Below the pieces are notes generated by a model, which did no database searches, had not been told where the DNA came from, and worked only from the letters and a program-made list of their open reading frames with translations. A program made the position numbers and the translations under genes. From assembly GCA_038046805.1 (NCBI GenBank), contig JBBSVO010000011.1, forward strand, positions 1 through 59,463: a DNA stretch of 59,463 bases, read 5' to 3'. Of the stretch, positions 48,220 through 58,807 are shown one piece after another (within the stretch, counting starts at the first letter, position 1; the number at the start of each line of letters is the position of its first letter). The DNA comes from Candidatus Micrarchaeota archaeon (GTDB taxonomy: Archaea; Micrarchaeota; Micrarchaeia; Anstonellales; Bilamarchaeaceae).

Positions 48220-49998
48220 ATGGCAAATGGAACTGGAAAAACAAATAAGAAAGGAGTTATAAAACGTATTTACGGACCGGTTGTTGAGGGTAAGGATATT
48301 CCAAACGCGAATCTTTACGACGTTGTAAAAGTTGGAAGCCAGGGGCTTATGGGAGAAATAATCAAGATTGTTGGGGATACGAGTGTTATCCAGGTTTATG
48401 AAGACACATCTGGGCTTAAGCCTGGAGAAGCTGTTGAAAATACTGGCGAGCCTATGTCTGTTGAGCTTGGCCCTGGAATTCTCACAAACATTTACGATGG
48501 TATCCAGCGTCCTCTCAGACTGATTGAGGAAAAGGGAAAAAGCGTTTTCATTCAGCGAGGAATTTTTGTTCCTCCTCTTGACAGAAAAAAGAAATGGGAT
48601 TTCAAAGCAACAGCAAAAAAAGGAGGTAAGGTAAAGACAGGGGATGTTCTTGGTACTGTCCATGAAACCGAACTTATTGTTCATAAAATTCTTTCGCCTT
48701 ATGATGGAAAACTAGAGGGAGTAACTTCAGGAAAATTCACGGTTGAAGATGAACTAGGCTATGTTGTTACGTCTGATGGAAAGAAACAACCAATTTTCCT
48801 TGCGCAAAAATGGCCAGTCCGAAAACCAAGGGCATGCATCGAGAAATTTCCGCCGGTTATCCCACTGATTACCGGTCAGCGTGTTATTGATACATTCTTC
48901 CCAATTGCAAAAGGCGGAACTGCATGCATTCCAGGCCCCTTCGGCTCGGGAAAAACCGTCACCCAGCAGAGCCTTGCAAAATATTCTGATACTGAGATCG
49001 TGGTTTACATCGGATGCGGAGAGCGCGGAAACGAGATGACTGAAGTTCTAAAGGAATTCCCGCACCTGATTGATCCCAAGACCGGAAAACCATTGATGGA
49101 ACGAACGGTTTTGATTGCAAACACTTCCAACATGCCGGTTGCTGCGCGTGAGGCAAGCGTTTACACCGGAGTTACTATTGCAGAATATTTCCGTGACATG
49201 GGTTACAACGTTGCATTAATGGCAGATTCCACAAGCAGATGGGCCGAGGCAATGAGAGAAATAGGTGGTAGGCTTGAAGAAATGCCTGGCGAAGAAGGTT
49301 ATCCTGCTTATCTTGCAAGAAGGCTTGCGGAATTTTATGAGCGTGCTGGAAGAGTAAGATGCCTTGGCAGCGATGAGCGATATGGCAGCGTAACAATCAT
49401 CGGTGCAGTATCTCCGCCTGGCGGTGACTTATCCGAGCCTGTTTCACAGAACACCCTGCGTGTTACAAAGGTTTTCCTTGCACTGGATGCGTCGCTGGCA
49501 TACAGAAGGCACTTCCCTGCGATTAACTGGCTTAAGAGTTATTCTCTTTATCAGGATTCTCTTGAGGAATTTTACGCAGAGAACATTTCCTCGGATTTCA
49601 CGAAACTCAGGGCGCAGGCAATGGCGCTTCTGCAAAAAGAGGCAGAGCTTAACGAAATCGTACAATTGGTTGGTCCGGATGCACTTCCAGAAAAAGAACA
49701 GGCAGTGCTTCTTGTTACCAGAATGTTAAGAGAAGATTACCTTCAGCAGAATGCCTACAGCGATATTGATGCGCGATGCAGTCTGCAGAAGCAGTACGCG
49801 ATGCTCAAGACTGTCCTGAGATTTTATGAACGTGCTCTTGGTGCTCTTGATCTTGGTGCACAGCTTAAGAGGATCGTAGATCTTCCGAGCAGGGTGAAGA
49901 TCGGACGAATGAAGGAGATTACCGAGGAAAAGCTGGAGGAGTTTGAAAAGCTTCAGAAGGACGTGGATGAGGACTTTGATTCGGTTTCAAAGAAGTAA
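48220..49998 (+). CDS. atpA: A/V-type ATPase subunit A
   Basis: [17 protein letters not shown]; no intein. Confidence 0.97.
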   Translation: MANGTGKTNKKGVIKRIYGPVVEGKDIPNANLYDVVKVGSQGLMGEIIKIVGDTSVIQVYEDTSGLKPGEAVENTGEPMSVELGPGILTNIYDGIQRPLRLIEEKGKSVFIQRGIFVPPLDRKKKWDFKATAKKGGKVKTGDVLGTVHETELIVHKILSPYDGKLEGVTSGKFTVEDELGYVVTSDGKKQPIFLAQKWPVRKPRACIEKFPPVIPLITGQRVIDTFFPIAKGGTACIPGPFGSGKTVTQQSLAKYSDTEIVVYIGCGERGNEMTEVLKEFPHLIDPKTGKPLMERTVLIANTSNMPVAAREASVYTGVTIAEYFRDMGYNVALMADSTSRWAEAMREIGGRLEEMPGEEGYPAYLARRLAEFYERAGRVRCLGSDERYGSVTIIGAVSPPGGDLSEPVSQNTLRVTKVFLALDASLAYRRHFPAINWLKSYSLYQDSLEEFYAENISSDFTKLRAQAMALLQKEAELNEIVQLVGPDALPEKEQAVLLVTRMLREDYLQQNAYSDIDARCSLQKQYAMLKTVLRFYERALGALDLGAQLKRIVDLPSRVKIGRMKEITEEKLEEFEKLQKDVDEDFDSVSKK

Positions 49999-50044
49999 TT
50001 GGGGGGAACGGTCGCATACTAATCTATGTTTGTTGGTGATTTCA

Positions 50045-51418
50045 ATGAAGGAATATAAAACTATTAACCAGATTTCGGGTCCGCTTGTATTTGTTGATGG
50101 CGTCAGCGGCGTTAGCTATGGGGAAATCGTAGAGATTATCCTTTCGAACGGCGAGCGCAGAAAAGGTCAGGTGCTTGATATTGGCGAAAGCATTGCAGTT
50201 GTACAGGTCTTTGGTGCAACATCTGGTATTGGTATAAGCCAGACCTCTGTGCGTTTCCTTGGAGAAACAATGCGAATTGGGCTTACTCCGGACATGCTTG
50301 GAAGAACTTTCAACGGGCTTGGTGAACCACGTGATAAAGGTCCAAAAGTAATTCCAAGGGAAAAGATTGACATCAACGGGCTTCCGATTAATCCGTATTC
50401 ACGTGAAACTCCATCGGATTTTATCCAGACCGGAATTTCAACAATTGATGCAATGAACACGCTGGTCCGTGGGCAGAAGCTTCCTATTTTCTCCGGTGCA
50501 GGTCTTCCGCACAATAATCTTGCAGTGCAAATTGCAAGGCAGGCAAAGGTAGTTGGAAGCGATGAGAAATTTGCAGTAGTCTTTGCCGCGATTGGAATTA
50601 CTCATGAAGAGGCATCATTCTTTATCCGTGATTTCGAGAAAACTGGCGCGCTTGAGAATGCGGTTCTGTTTCTTAATCTGGCAAACGACCCGTCAGTTGA
50701 GAGATTGATTACTCCGAGGCTTGCGCTTACCACTGCGGAATATCTTGCATTTGAGCAGGATATGCACGTGCTTGTGCTGATTACGGACATGACTAACTAT
50801 TGCGAGGCACTGCGTGAAATTTCCTCAGCAAGGCAGGAAGTTCCTGGAAGAAGAGGGTATCCTGGTTACATGTACACCGATCTTTCTACGATATATGAAC
50901 GTGCGGGTACCGTTCGCGGAAGAAAAGGAACGGTCACACAATTTCCGATTCTTACAATGCCTGGAGATGATAAGACTCATCCGATTCCAGACCTTACGGG
51001 TTACATTACCGAAGGGCAGATTATCCTGAGCAGAGACATTCACCGCAAGGGAATCTATCCTCCAGTTGATGTATTGCCTTCACTTTCGCGATTGATGAAC
51101 CTTGGTATCGGCCCGACGAAAACCCGCGAAGATCACAAGGGTGTTTCAGACCAGCTTTATGCTGCGTATGCAAATGGACGTGACCTCAGAAGCCTGAGTG
51201 CAGTTGTTGGAGAGGAGGCGCTTACAGACATTGATCGCAAATACCTGAAATTCGCGGACGTGTTTGAAGACAAATATATCAGGCAGGGTCCATATGAAGA
51301 CAGACCAATTGAGAAAACCCTTGAGCTTGCATGGGATATGTTTTCAATGCTTCCTGAAACCGAATTGAAAAGAGTGAAGAAGGAGCATATTGCGAAGTAT
51401 GCGAAGAAGAGTGGATAA
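50045..51418 (+). CDS. atpB: A/V-type ATPase subunit B
   Basis: [28 protein letters not shown]. Confidence 0.97.
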   Translation: MKEYKTINQISGPLVFVDGVSGVSYGEIVEIILSNGERRKGQVLDIGESIAVVQVFGATSGIGISQTSVRFLGETMRIGLTPDMLGRTFNGLGEPRDKGPKVIPREKIDINGLPINPYSRETPSDFIQTGISTIDAMNTLVRGQKLPIFSGAGLPHNNLAVQIARQAKVVGSDEKFAVVFAAIGITHEEASFFIRDFEKTGALENAVLFLNLANDPSVERLITPRLALTTAEYLAFEQDMHVLVLITDMTNYCEALREISSARQEVPGRRGYPGYMYTDLSTIYERAGTVRGRKGTVTQFPILTMPGDDKTHPIPDLTGYITEGQIILSRDIHRKGIYPPVDVLPSLSRLMNLGIGPTKTREDHKGVSDQLYAAYANGRDLRSLSAVVGEEALTDIDRKYLKFADVFEDKYIRQGPYEDRPIEKTLELAWDMFSMLPETELKRVKKEHIAKYAKKSG

Positions 51419-51470
51419 TTCAACTTCCAAAACGCTGAACCTGAAACTCGGAACTCAAGACTGTGATATT

Positions 51471-52115
51471 ATGGCCGACGTAAATCCAACAAGGATGGAA
51501 CTCATAAAAACAAAGGAGCGTATAGCGCTTGCGCGCAATGGCTACAAGCTCCTAAAGCAGAAGAGGGACGTCCTTATAATGGAATTTTTCAAAGTCCTGA
51601 AAAAAGCACAGGACCTGCGCGGACAGCTTGCCCAGATGATGGCTGGAGCTTATCGCTCAGTGGCCATGGCGGAGCTTTACCACAGCGGATTTGAGCTTCA
51701 GAATATTTCGCTTAACATGCACAGGCCTATTGATATCGATATCGAGGTAAAAAACGTGATGGGCATTAAAATTCCTTCAATTACTGCACAGATGGGCACA
51801 ACATCATTTCTCCAGCGGGAAGGATATTACTTTGCAGGCACAAGCGCGAAGATTGATGATGCCGTCGTGAAATTTGAAGAGGTTTTCAGGACAGTGATGC
51901 TTCTCGCCGAGACTGAAACTGCTATAAAAAGGCTGATTCTGGAAATAGAAAAAACCAAGCGCAGGGTAAATGCGTTGGATTACATCCTTGTTCCAAGGCT
52001 TGAAAAGCAGATGAAGGATATTGCCTTCAGGCTGGACGAGATGGAAAGGGATAGTTTTGTGAGTTTGAAATCGATCAAAAGGGCGCTGGAGAAAAAAGGA
52101 AAGGGCGGAAATTAA
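51471..52115 (+). CDS. atpD: A/V-type ATPase subunit D
   Basis: NPTRMEL, KTKRRVNAL. Confidence 0.96.
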   Translation: MADVNPTRMELIKTKERIALARNGYKLLKQKRDVLIMEFFKVLKKAQDLRGQLAQMMAGAYRSVAMAELYHSGFELQNISLNMHRPIDIDIEVKNVMGIKIPSITAQMGTTSFLQREGYYFAGTSAKIDDAVVKFEEVFRTVMLLAETETAIKRLILEIEKTKRRVNALDYILVPRLEKQMKDIAFRLDEMERDSFVSLKSIKRALEKKGKGGN

Positions 52116-52229
52116 ATCAAAAAAAGCGAAAAAATAAATCTGGAAAAAATAAAAAATTCTGAACCCGGAAAAACAAAATAAAAAAGTTGAAATAAAGAAA
52201 ATAAAAACCAAAGAAAGAAAATTCTAGTT

Positions 52230-53108
52230 TTAGCCAGTGTATGCACTTGCAATCCCAGCAAATACACTATAAGGCAGTGCACCAGTCACCATTACAACAT
52301 AGTTTCCTGTGCTGTCCTTTGCAATCTGAACATATTGCGGGTATGCATTCGCCGCACTCTTGAGCTTGTTCAAATCCGTCTTTGCCTTTGGCATGACGAC
52401 GAACGTTGTTGGTGTTCCATCAACTCCTGCTGACTGTCCGTCAAGGAAATCCTTTTGGATGCTTGCGGAATATTTCTTCTTTGCCATACAGTCGCTGAAC
52501 TGGCCTTTATCCGCACCTATGGCAGTAGCATATCCGGTCGTAGTCTCAACCACACTTGCTTCAGGAAGCCCGCTCCATTCACTTTGCTTTCCGAATATCA
52601 GGTCATGCATTTCCCAGAACTTATTTTGCTCTCCTGCGCATCTTGCCGCGAGTGCCATATCATCTGCTTTGTCATGAAATCCAAGCGGATAATCCCGGTA
52701 ATACATTTTTGCTAATCCAGTGTTTATCAGGTTGGTTTTCATCCATGCCTCTGCACCGCTGTAGAATTTTCCGCAGAATGGGCACTGGAAGTCGCTGAAC
52801 TGTATTATGGTAAGTGGGGCATCTTTTTGACCCAGAATAGCATTTTCACCAAGTGAGATTACCCCGACTAAAGGAAGGGTTTCCTCACCGGCAGGTGGCT
52901 GTGTCGTGGTCCCGTTATTTCCGGCAGGTGGCAGATTTCCATTTGGTGGGGTAGTCCCTCCTGGTTTTGCAAACAATCCGAATCCGCCTGTGTAAAGCGA
53001 CAGTGCCAATAAAACAATCAGCACCAATACCGCGGTTCCATAAACCGCATCCTTGCTTATTGTTATCTTATCTCCAGTGTTTCCGCTGGTTGTTTGTCCT
53101 TCGGTCAT
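52230..53108 (-). CDS. Membrane-anchored DsbA-like thioredoxin
   Basis: FSDFQCPFC, GVDGTPT. Confidence 0.9.
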   Translation of the reverse strand: MTEGQTTSGNTGDKITISKDAVYGTAVLVLIVLLALSLYTGGFGLFAKPGGTTPPNGNLPPAGNNGTTTQPPAGEETLPLVGVISLGENAILGQKDAPLTIIQFSDFQCPFCGKFYSGAEAWMKTNLINTGLAKMYYRDYPLGFHDKADDMALAARCAGEQNKFWEMHDLIFGKQSEWSGLPEASVVETTTGYATAIGADKGQFSDCMAKKKYSASIQKDFLDGQSAGVDGTPTTFVVMPKAKTDLNKLKSAANAYPQYVQIAKDSTGNYVVMVTGALPYSVFAGIASAYTG

Positions 53109-53232
53109 AAAAATCACTCAAGGGACTACGGAACTAAATTTTAAAAATGTGCGTGTGATAACATTGTGGGCTGATTCTTATGGCTTCGAGAAAATCAGCG
53201 ATTTTCGAAATAATAAAAATCATGTGATTTTT

Positions 53233-53928
53233 ATGGCATCTTTGGACAAGGCAATATTCGCATCATACGATCGCGACGGAAAGCATTTCGAATTATACGT
53301 TGATCCGGACCTGGCATACATGTACTTAGACGGCTCAAAAAAAGATATAAAAAATATCCTTGTTTCTGAAGAAGTCTATGCAGATGCAAGAAAAGGTGAA
53401 AAAGCCAAAGCAGGAGATGTGGAAAAGGTTTTCGGAACAACTGATGTACTGAAAATCCTTGAATTCATTCTCCACAAAGGAGAAGTCCAGCTAACCACTG
53501 ACCAGAGACGCAAAAAAACAGAAGAAAAGCACAAGCAGATTGTTGCGATTCTCATGCGTGAATCCATTGATCCGAGAACAAATGCTCCGCACACGCAACA
53601 CAGAATAGAAACCGCGCTTGAAGAAGCGAAAATCCATGTTGATCCGTTCAAGGATGCAAGAGAGCAGCTTACTGATATTATAAAGGAGTTGCGACCGATA
53701 ATCCCTCTTAAATTTGAAAAAGTAAAGGTTGCGGTGAAAGTGCCTGCTGCATATGCCCATCGTTGTTACGGCACATTGAAAAGCTATGGAATCGAACGTG
53801 AGGAATGGTCCAAAATGGGCGACCTGATAGTGGTTGTCGAAATCTTCGGGGGAATGCAGGGCGAGTTCTATGATAAATTGAACAAGCTGACTGCAGGACA
53901 GATTGAGACGAAGTTGTTGACGAAGTAA
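53233..53928 (+). CDS. Ribosome maturation factor SBDS/Sdo1
   Basis: HFELYVDP, GEVQLT, DPRTNAPH. Confidence 0.95.
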   Translation: MASLDKAIFASYDRDGKHFELYVDPDLAYMYLDGSKKDIKNILVSEEVYADARKGEKAKAGDVEKVFGTTDVLKILEFILHKGEVQLTTDQRRKKTEEKHKQIVAILMRESIDPRTNAPHTQHRIETALEEAKIHVDPFKDAREQLTDIIKELRPIIPLKFEKVKVAVKVPAAYAHRCYGTLKSYGIEREEWSKMGDLIVVVEIFGGMQGEFYDKLNKLTAGQIETKLLTK

Positions 53929-54113
53929 TCTACTTTAAAAACATTTCCCCACCCAATAATAGCGTTGAAGACAAACAGAAACGCATGAATTGGCGGATTA
54001 CATATTAAGGTTCGCTGGAATCAAATCAACATTCGCTCTGATTTTATGCGTGTTTTAAATCTGGAGTCTGACCGAGGTGTCTGGCCAGATAAAATCTCAA
54101 CGAAGGTGAATCA

Positions 54114-54722
54114 ATGCGAAAAATAATTCTCCCAGGAGAGAAAATATCAGATGAAAAAAGATTTATCCCATATACGTTTTTAGAAGGGAATTCTGTGTAT
54201 GCCGCAGTACTTGGCATGATGGACGACGAGGGACGATATGTTCCGCTCGAATCTGTTTTCAGGCCCGCTCCAGAAGATGTTGTCGTGGGTGTAATAACTG
54301 CTTCAAGACATTCTGGTTATGATATAGACCTGAATCTTCCATACCCTGGCTTTTTATCATCAAGAGAAACAAGGGCGGACTTCAATGTAGGCGATTTTGT
54401 CATGGGCGTTGTAAAATGCGTGGACGAGGTCGGAAGCGTAGATTTGGCTGATGTCCGCAGGCTTCCGAAAGGAAAAATTGTTTCATTTCCTTCCGCGAAA
54501 ATCCCAAGGCTTATCGGAAAGAAAAGCAGCATGATAAATATGATAAAGGAAAAGACACAAAGCGATGTTGTCGTTGGCAAGAACGGCTACGTCTGGATAA
54601 GCGAGAATGATATTCCGCTTGTTCTGAGAGTTATACATATAATAATGCAAAAAGCGCACATGTCCGGTCTTACGGATGAAATATCCAGATTTTTGGACGA
54701 GAATAAGGGAACAAATGCTTGA
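54114..54722 (+). CDS. rrp4: Exosome RNA-binding subunit Rrp4
   Basis: S1+KH; PRLIGKKSSM, GKNGYVWI. Confidence 0.92.
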   Translation: MRKIILPGEKISDEKRFIPYTFLEGNSVYAAVLGMMDDEGRYVPLESVFRPAPEDVVVGVITASRHSGYDIDLNLPYPGFLSSRETRADFNVGDFVMGVVKCVDEVGSVDLADVRRLPKGKIVSFPSAKIPRLIGKKSSMINMIKEKTQSDVVVGKNGYVWISENDIPLVLRVIHIIMQKAHMSGLTDEISRFLDENKGTNA

Positions 54723-54752
54723 TAGAAACAAATATGATACAAGGTGAATCTT

Positions 54753-55502
54753 ATGTCAGGAAATACAGATAAACAGCTTATAATCGATGGAAAACGTACT
54801 GATGGCAGGACTGTTGATGAAATCCGACCATTGCGAATAGAAGTAGGTGTAATCAGCTCTGCTGATGGTTCTGCTTTGGTTGAATGGGGTGGAAACAAGG
54901 TTCTCTGCGGGGTTTATGGCCCAAGGGAATGCATCCCAAAACATGAAGCAAGTCCATATGGGGCCTTGATAAAATGCAGGTATTCAATGAGTCCGTTTGC
55001 CTCGCTTAGCGAGCACGGCCGAAGCGGTCCGAACCGGAGAAGTTTGGAAATCTCAAAGGTAATTCGCGAGGTTTTCGAAAACCTGATCATTGCTGAAAAT
55101 TTTCCAAAGACCCAGATAAACATTTTCATTGATGTCCTTCAGGCAGATGGGGGAACAAGGGTTGCCTCCATTACTGCAGCATCTGCTGCATTGGCAAGCG
55201 CAGGCATTCCAATGCGTGATGTGGTTTCGGCAATAGCTACCGGGAAAGTTGATGGCCAGATGGTTGTTGACCTGGGGAAGGATGAAGACAATTTCGGTCA
55301 ATCTGATATGCCGATTGCACTTTCTCACAGGAAAAAAGATATTCTCTTGCTTCAAATGGATGGTCTTTTGACAAAAGAGGAAATTTCAAATGCTCTTGAC
55401 ATGGCTGAGAAAAGTTGCGAAAAGGTCCATGAAGTTCAGGCAGCGGCGATTCGTAAGATCTATGAAAATGCAGCACTGTCCGAGCAAAAAATCAGTTTGT
55501 AA
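54753..55502 (+). CDS. rrp41: Exosome subunit Rrp41
   Basis: RTDGR, VYGPRE, QADGGTR. Confidence 0.95.
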   Translation: MSGNTDKQLIIDGKRTDGRTVDEIRPLRIEVGVISSADGSALVEWGGNKVLCGVYGPRECIPKHEASPYGALIKCRYSMSPFASLSEHGRSGPNRRSLEISKVIREVFENLIIAENFPKTQINIFIDVLQADGGTRVASITAASAALASAGIPMRDVVSAIATGKVDGQMVVDLGKDEDNFGQSDMPIALSHRKKDILLLQMDGLLTKEEISNALDMAEKSCEKVHEVQAAAIRKIYENAALSEQKISL

Positions 55503-55516
55503 TTGAGGTGATACTG

Positions 55517-56302
55517 ATGGCAGACACATTTAAAGATATGATTATGCGCGGAATAAGAAGAGATGTTCTTCTCAATCTTCTTAAGAAAGGATTGAGATTT
55601 GATAACCGGAAATTCGATGAACTAAGGCCAGCCGAATTGAAAAAAGGCGTGCTTGACACTGCGGAAGGTTCGGCTCTTGCAAGATTGGGTAGATCACAAG
55701 TACTTGCGGCAGTAAAATTTGATATTTCGGTTCCTTACCCAGACAAACCAAACGAAGGTACGATCGTAACTGGTGCCGAATTTTTGCCAACTGCGTCTCC
55801 AACATTTGAACCTGGTCCTCCAGATGAAAATGCAATTGAGCTCGCGCGTGTTGTTGACAGGGGAATCCGCAGCGCGGAGATTGTCGATACAAAATCCCTG
55901 TTTATCGAAGAGGGAAAAGCACTTTCATGTTATATTGACCTGTATATCCTTGATCACGGAGGAAACCTTATTGATACTGCCGGACTTGCGGCAATGGGCG
56001 CACTTATGGATACAAAAGTGCCAAAGGTTGAGAATGGAAAGATCGTGCGCAATGATTATGTTCGTTCTCTTGATCCAAAATCAAAGGTAATTGCATCGAG
56101 TTTTGCAAAGACTGGTGATTACTGGCTGGTTGATCCGAGCCTTGAAGAAGAAGTGGCTGCAGATACTTCGATAACTATTACTACAACAGAAACTCATGTT
56201 TGTTCAATGCAGAAAAGGCATGGTTCTCTGAGTAAGGGTGACCTTATGAGCTGCATAGACATTGCATTTAAAAAAGGAGATGAACTAAGAAGATTATTGT
56301 AA
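55517..56302 (+). CDS. rrp42: Exosome subunit Rrp42
   Basis: FEPGPPDENAIELARVVDRGIR. Confidence 0.95.
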   Translation: MADTFKDMIMRGIRRDVLLNLLKKGLRFDNRKFDELRPAELKKGVLDTAEGSALARLGRSQVLAAVKFDISVPYPDKPNEGTIVTGAEFLPTASPTFEPGPPDENAIELARVVDRGIRSAEIVDTKSLFIEEGKALSCYIDLYILDHGGNLIDTAGLAAMGALMDTKVPKVENGKIVRNDYVRSLDPKSKVIASSFAKTGDYWLVDPSLEEEVAADTSITITTTETHVCSMQKRHGSLSKGDLMSCIDIAFKKGDELRRLL

Positions 56303-56345
56303 CCATTATTGTAACCATTAATCAGGTTATTGTGAGGGGATTTAT

Positions 56346-56579
56346 ATGCTTAATACTCAAAAATATGGTGCGAAACTACGAAAGCTGGTAAATGCAGCAC
56401 TCAAGTCAAAGTGTACAAGGTATGAGTGTCCGAAATGCGGAAAGCTCAAGGTCGTTCGAAAGGCTTATGCACTGTGGAAATGCAAATCCTGTGAGGCATT
56501 ATTTGCTGGCGGGGCATATTCGTTCGCCACAGATTCGGGTAACGTAGTGCGAAGAACTGTCGCAGAATATGAGTCATAA
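56346..56579 (+). CDS. rpl37ae: 50S ribosomal protein L37Ae
   Basis: YGAKLRK, CPKC, WKCKSC, AGGAY. Confidence 0.93.
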   Translation: MLNTQKYGAKLRKLVNAALKSKCTRYECPKCGKLKVVRKAYALWKCKSCEALFAGGAYSFATDSGNVVRRTVAEYES

Positions 56580-56610
56580 TTTCGCGTTCGACTAGATTAA
56601 AGGTGATAAA

Positions 56611-56748
56611 ATGGGCGAATACATTTCCTGGAAAACCGGGGAGAAAATAGATATAGCTAATATGAAGGATTTTCAGTTTCCTCCGACAGGAGACAAGATG
56701 TTACTTAAGGCAAGGCCTCCAGTTGCACTTGATATGAAGACGGATTAG
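56611..56748 (+). CDS. rpoP: RNA polymerase subunit P (Rpo12)-like, lacking Zn cysteines (not in ORF track)
   Basis: MGEYISWKTG..FQFPPTGDKMLLKARPPVALDMKTD; GGTGA RBS; canonical slot after rpl37ae. Confidence 0.75.
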   Translation: MGEYISWKTGEKIDIANMKDFQFPPTGDKMLLKARPPVALDMKTD

Positions 56749-56817
56749 CTATTGGCAATTGGCAGTTAGCTATTGGCGGTTAGTAACTAAAAGCTAAAGG
56801 CTAGAAGCCAGAAGCTA

Positions 56818-57090
56818 ATGGCAGTAGATGTTATGAAATCAAAATGTAATATTGAGTTTTATTTTTTATCTGCCTCGTCCGCAAAGGCCGCATGTGATGC
56901 GCTTAAGCAAGAAGAGGATTTTAAGAAAAGGGTTGACAGCACAGTGGAAGTAAAGGGAAGCATGCTCTTGCTTTCAGTTGTTGCCGATGATACCACGTCC
57001 ATGCGCGCAACGCTTAACTCATATTTGCGTTCTCTGCAGGTCATTGAAGGCATTAATGCCGGCGTGGTAGTAAAACACAAAATTTCATAA
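56818..57090 (+). CDS. pcc1: KEOPS subunit Pcc1
   Basis: ADD..SMRATLNSYLR; synteny. Confidence 0.88.
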   Translation: MAVDVMKSKCNIEFYFLSASSAKAACDALKQEEDFKKRVDSTVEVKGSMLLLSVVADDTTSMRATLNSYLRSLQVIEGINAGVVVKHKIS

Positions 57091-57216
57091 ATTTTGTGTG
57101 CATTGGAAATCCGATAGGATTTACAATCCAATAAAAACACGAATGATGATGTAAATACTGAGTAATTGGCTATGAGCAGTGGGCGGACCTACAGGGCGCT
57201 TCGCGCGGTTCATCAC

Positions 57217-57298
57217 GGCAGAGCGCTTCGTTCATGCTCGTGCGGATTACTACGAGCTCAAGGCCAAGAGCCCAAAGCTCAAGGCAATAAAAAGGGTG
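57217..57298 (+). repeat. Dispersed ~82-bp intergenic repeat, copy 1
   Basis: GGCAGAGCGCTTCG..ATGCTCG.GCGGA..ACTACG..AGCTCAAGGCC.AGAGCCCAA.GCTCA.GGCAATAA..GGTG, also at 58664-58746. Confidence 0.9.
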
Positions 57299-57304
57299 AT
57301 ATGT

Positions 57305-57676
57305 GTGAAACCAGATCCTGAATTGGAAAGATCGCTTGTGGAATACCAAAATGCTGAAAGACAATTGCAATCAATTGTATTGCAGAAACACCAGCTCCAG
57401 CTGCAGCTCAATGAAATAAGTCTTGCAGAAGAGGAATTAAAGAAATCAAAGGGAGATGTTTTCAAATCAATTGGTTCGGTAATGGTTAAAACAACAAAAG
57501 AAGATGCAGATAAAGACCTGAAGGAAAGACAAGATCTTGCAAAAATACGGTCCTCTACTTTGGAAAAGCAGGAGGAAAAACTTCGTGCGCACCTTTCAGT
57601 ATTACAGAAGAAACTTGAAGATAAAATGAAAGGTTACAAGATGGGTGGAGGCGCAGGAGAAAGTGGCATCCAATAA
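57305..57676 (+). CDS. pfdB: Prefoldin beta subunit
   Basis: VFKSIGSVMVK, coiled coils; GTG start after GGTGA. Confidence 0.92.
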   Translation: MKPDPELERSLVEYQNAERQLQSIVLQKHQLQLQLNEISLAEEELKKSKGDVFKSIGSVMVKTTKEDADKDLKERQDLAKIRSSTLEKQEEKLRAHLSVLQKKLEDKMKGYKMGGGAGESGIQ

Positions 57677-58643
57677 TCAAAAAAATCTTTTTTCTAAATT
57701 TTTGCGTTTTGTCCGCGGAAAGCGGATAGCAATAACCATGCACCGAGAGGCAGACATAGATTCGGTTGCAAGCGCTTATGCGCTTTCCAAGGCTGTTCCA
57801 TCCAGTGAGATACTCTTTTTAGACAAGCCTGATGATCGATCAAAGCCGCTTTCGGAAAAGCTGGGGATAACTACCAGAATGCTTGGCGATGTCACGCCTT
57901 CTGATTATGGTGGCCTTGTTGTTGTGGATTGTTCCACCTATGCGCTTTTGCCAAACGTAAAGGAGCGCGGATGGAAGATTATTGCTGTTTTTGACCACCA
58001 TAGGACAAGTGGCAAAGATGTTTCTGCTGATTTTGAGTTTATTGACGAGGAATCCCCATCCTGTGCAGAGTTGATCGCCATACTGCTTGGTACCAAGGCA
58101 GAAAAAAATAAAGAAAAAGGCGTATCTGCATTGATTCCGTTTGCTCTTGCGGTTGCGTTTATTTCGGACACGGCGCGTTTTAGTTCTGGAAGAAAGGAGA
58201 CATTCGAGCTCTTTCCGCGGCTCATGAAAACGAGCGGTGCGAGTTACACCGACCTTTTATTTTATGCAGACCCACCCAGAAGCGATGATAAAAAGGTCGC
58301 TCTTGTCAAGGCGCTTCAGAATGTTAGATACGCTTATAGCAATGGTATCCTGGTTGCATTTTGCGAGGCAGGCTCTTCGGAATCCGATGTTGCGGAAACC
58401 CTTGTGCAAAGACTGGATGTTGCGTTTGTGGCAAAGGCAGACTCTCAGGATAATTCTATAACCCGAATTTCCGGGCGAGTCAATAAAAATATTCATACGA
58501 TTAAGCTTAACGAGATAATGAAGCAGGTTAGTGCAGAACTTGAAGGTCAAGGTGGCGGGCATTATAAGGCTGCAGGAGCGCGTGTTCGTGCCTCTCCGCA
58601 AGAAGCGTTAAAAAAGTGCGTTGAGATACTATTTCGGCATTGA
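57645..58643 (+). CDS. DHH family phosphoesterase
   Basis: H..ADIDS, VVD, DHH, GGGHYKAAG. Confidence 0.92.
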   Translation: MEAQEKVASNNQKNLFSKFLRFVRGKRIAITMHREADIDSVASAYALSKAVPSSEILFLDKPDDRSKPLSEKLGITTRMLGDVTPSDYGGLVVVDCSTYALLPNVKERGWKIIAVFDHHRTSGKDVSADFEFIDEESPSCAELIAILLGTKAEKNKEKGVSALIPFALAVAFISDTARFSSGRKETFELFPRLMKTSGASYTDLLFYADPPRSDDKKVALVKALQNVRYAYSNGILVAFCEAGSSESDVAETLVQRLDVAFVAKADSQDNSITRISGRVNKNIHTIKLNEIMKQVSAELEGQGGGHYKAAGARVRASPQEALKKCVEILFRH

Positions 58644-58663
58644 GCCATGAGCAATGAGCCGTG

Positions 58664-58746
58664 GGCAGAGCGCTTCGCTTATGCTCGCGCGGAACACTAC
58701 GTAGCTCAAGGCCCAGAGCCCAAGGCTCAGGGCAATAAGAAAGGTG
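58664..58746 (+). repeat. Dispersed intergenic repeat, copy 2
   Basis: Near-identical to 57217-57298. Confidence 0.9.
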
Positions 58747-58807
58747 CTTTTTATGACATGGAGGAAAAACGTTTCCGACATTATAAAAATTTAGAGGTGA
58801 AATTTTT

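Noticed and set aside
57179..57304. N-terminal extension of prefoldin beta
   Set aside because: It is the intergenic repeat read through; GTG at 57305 has an RBS
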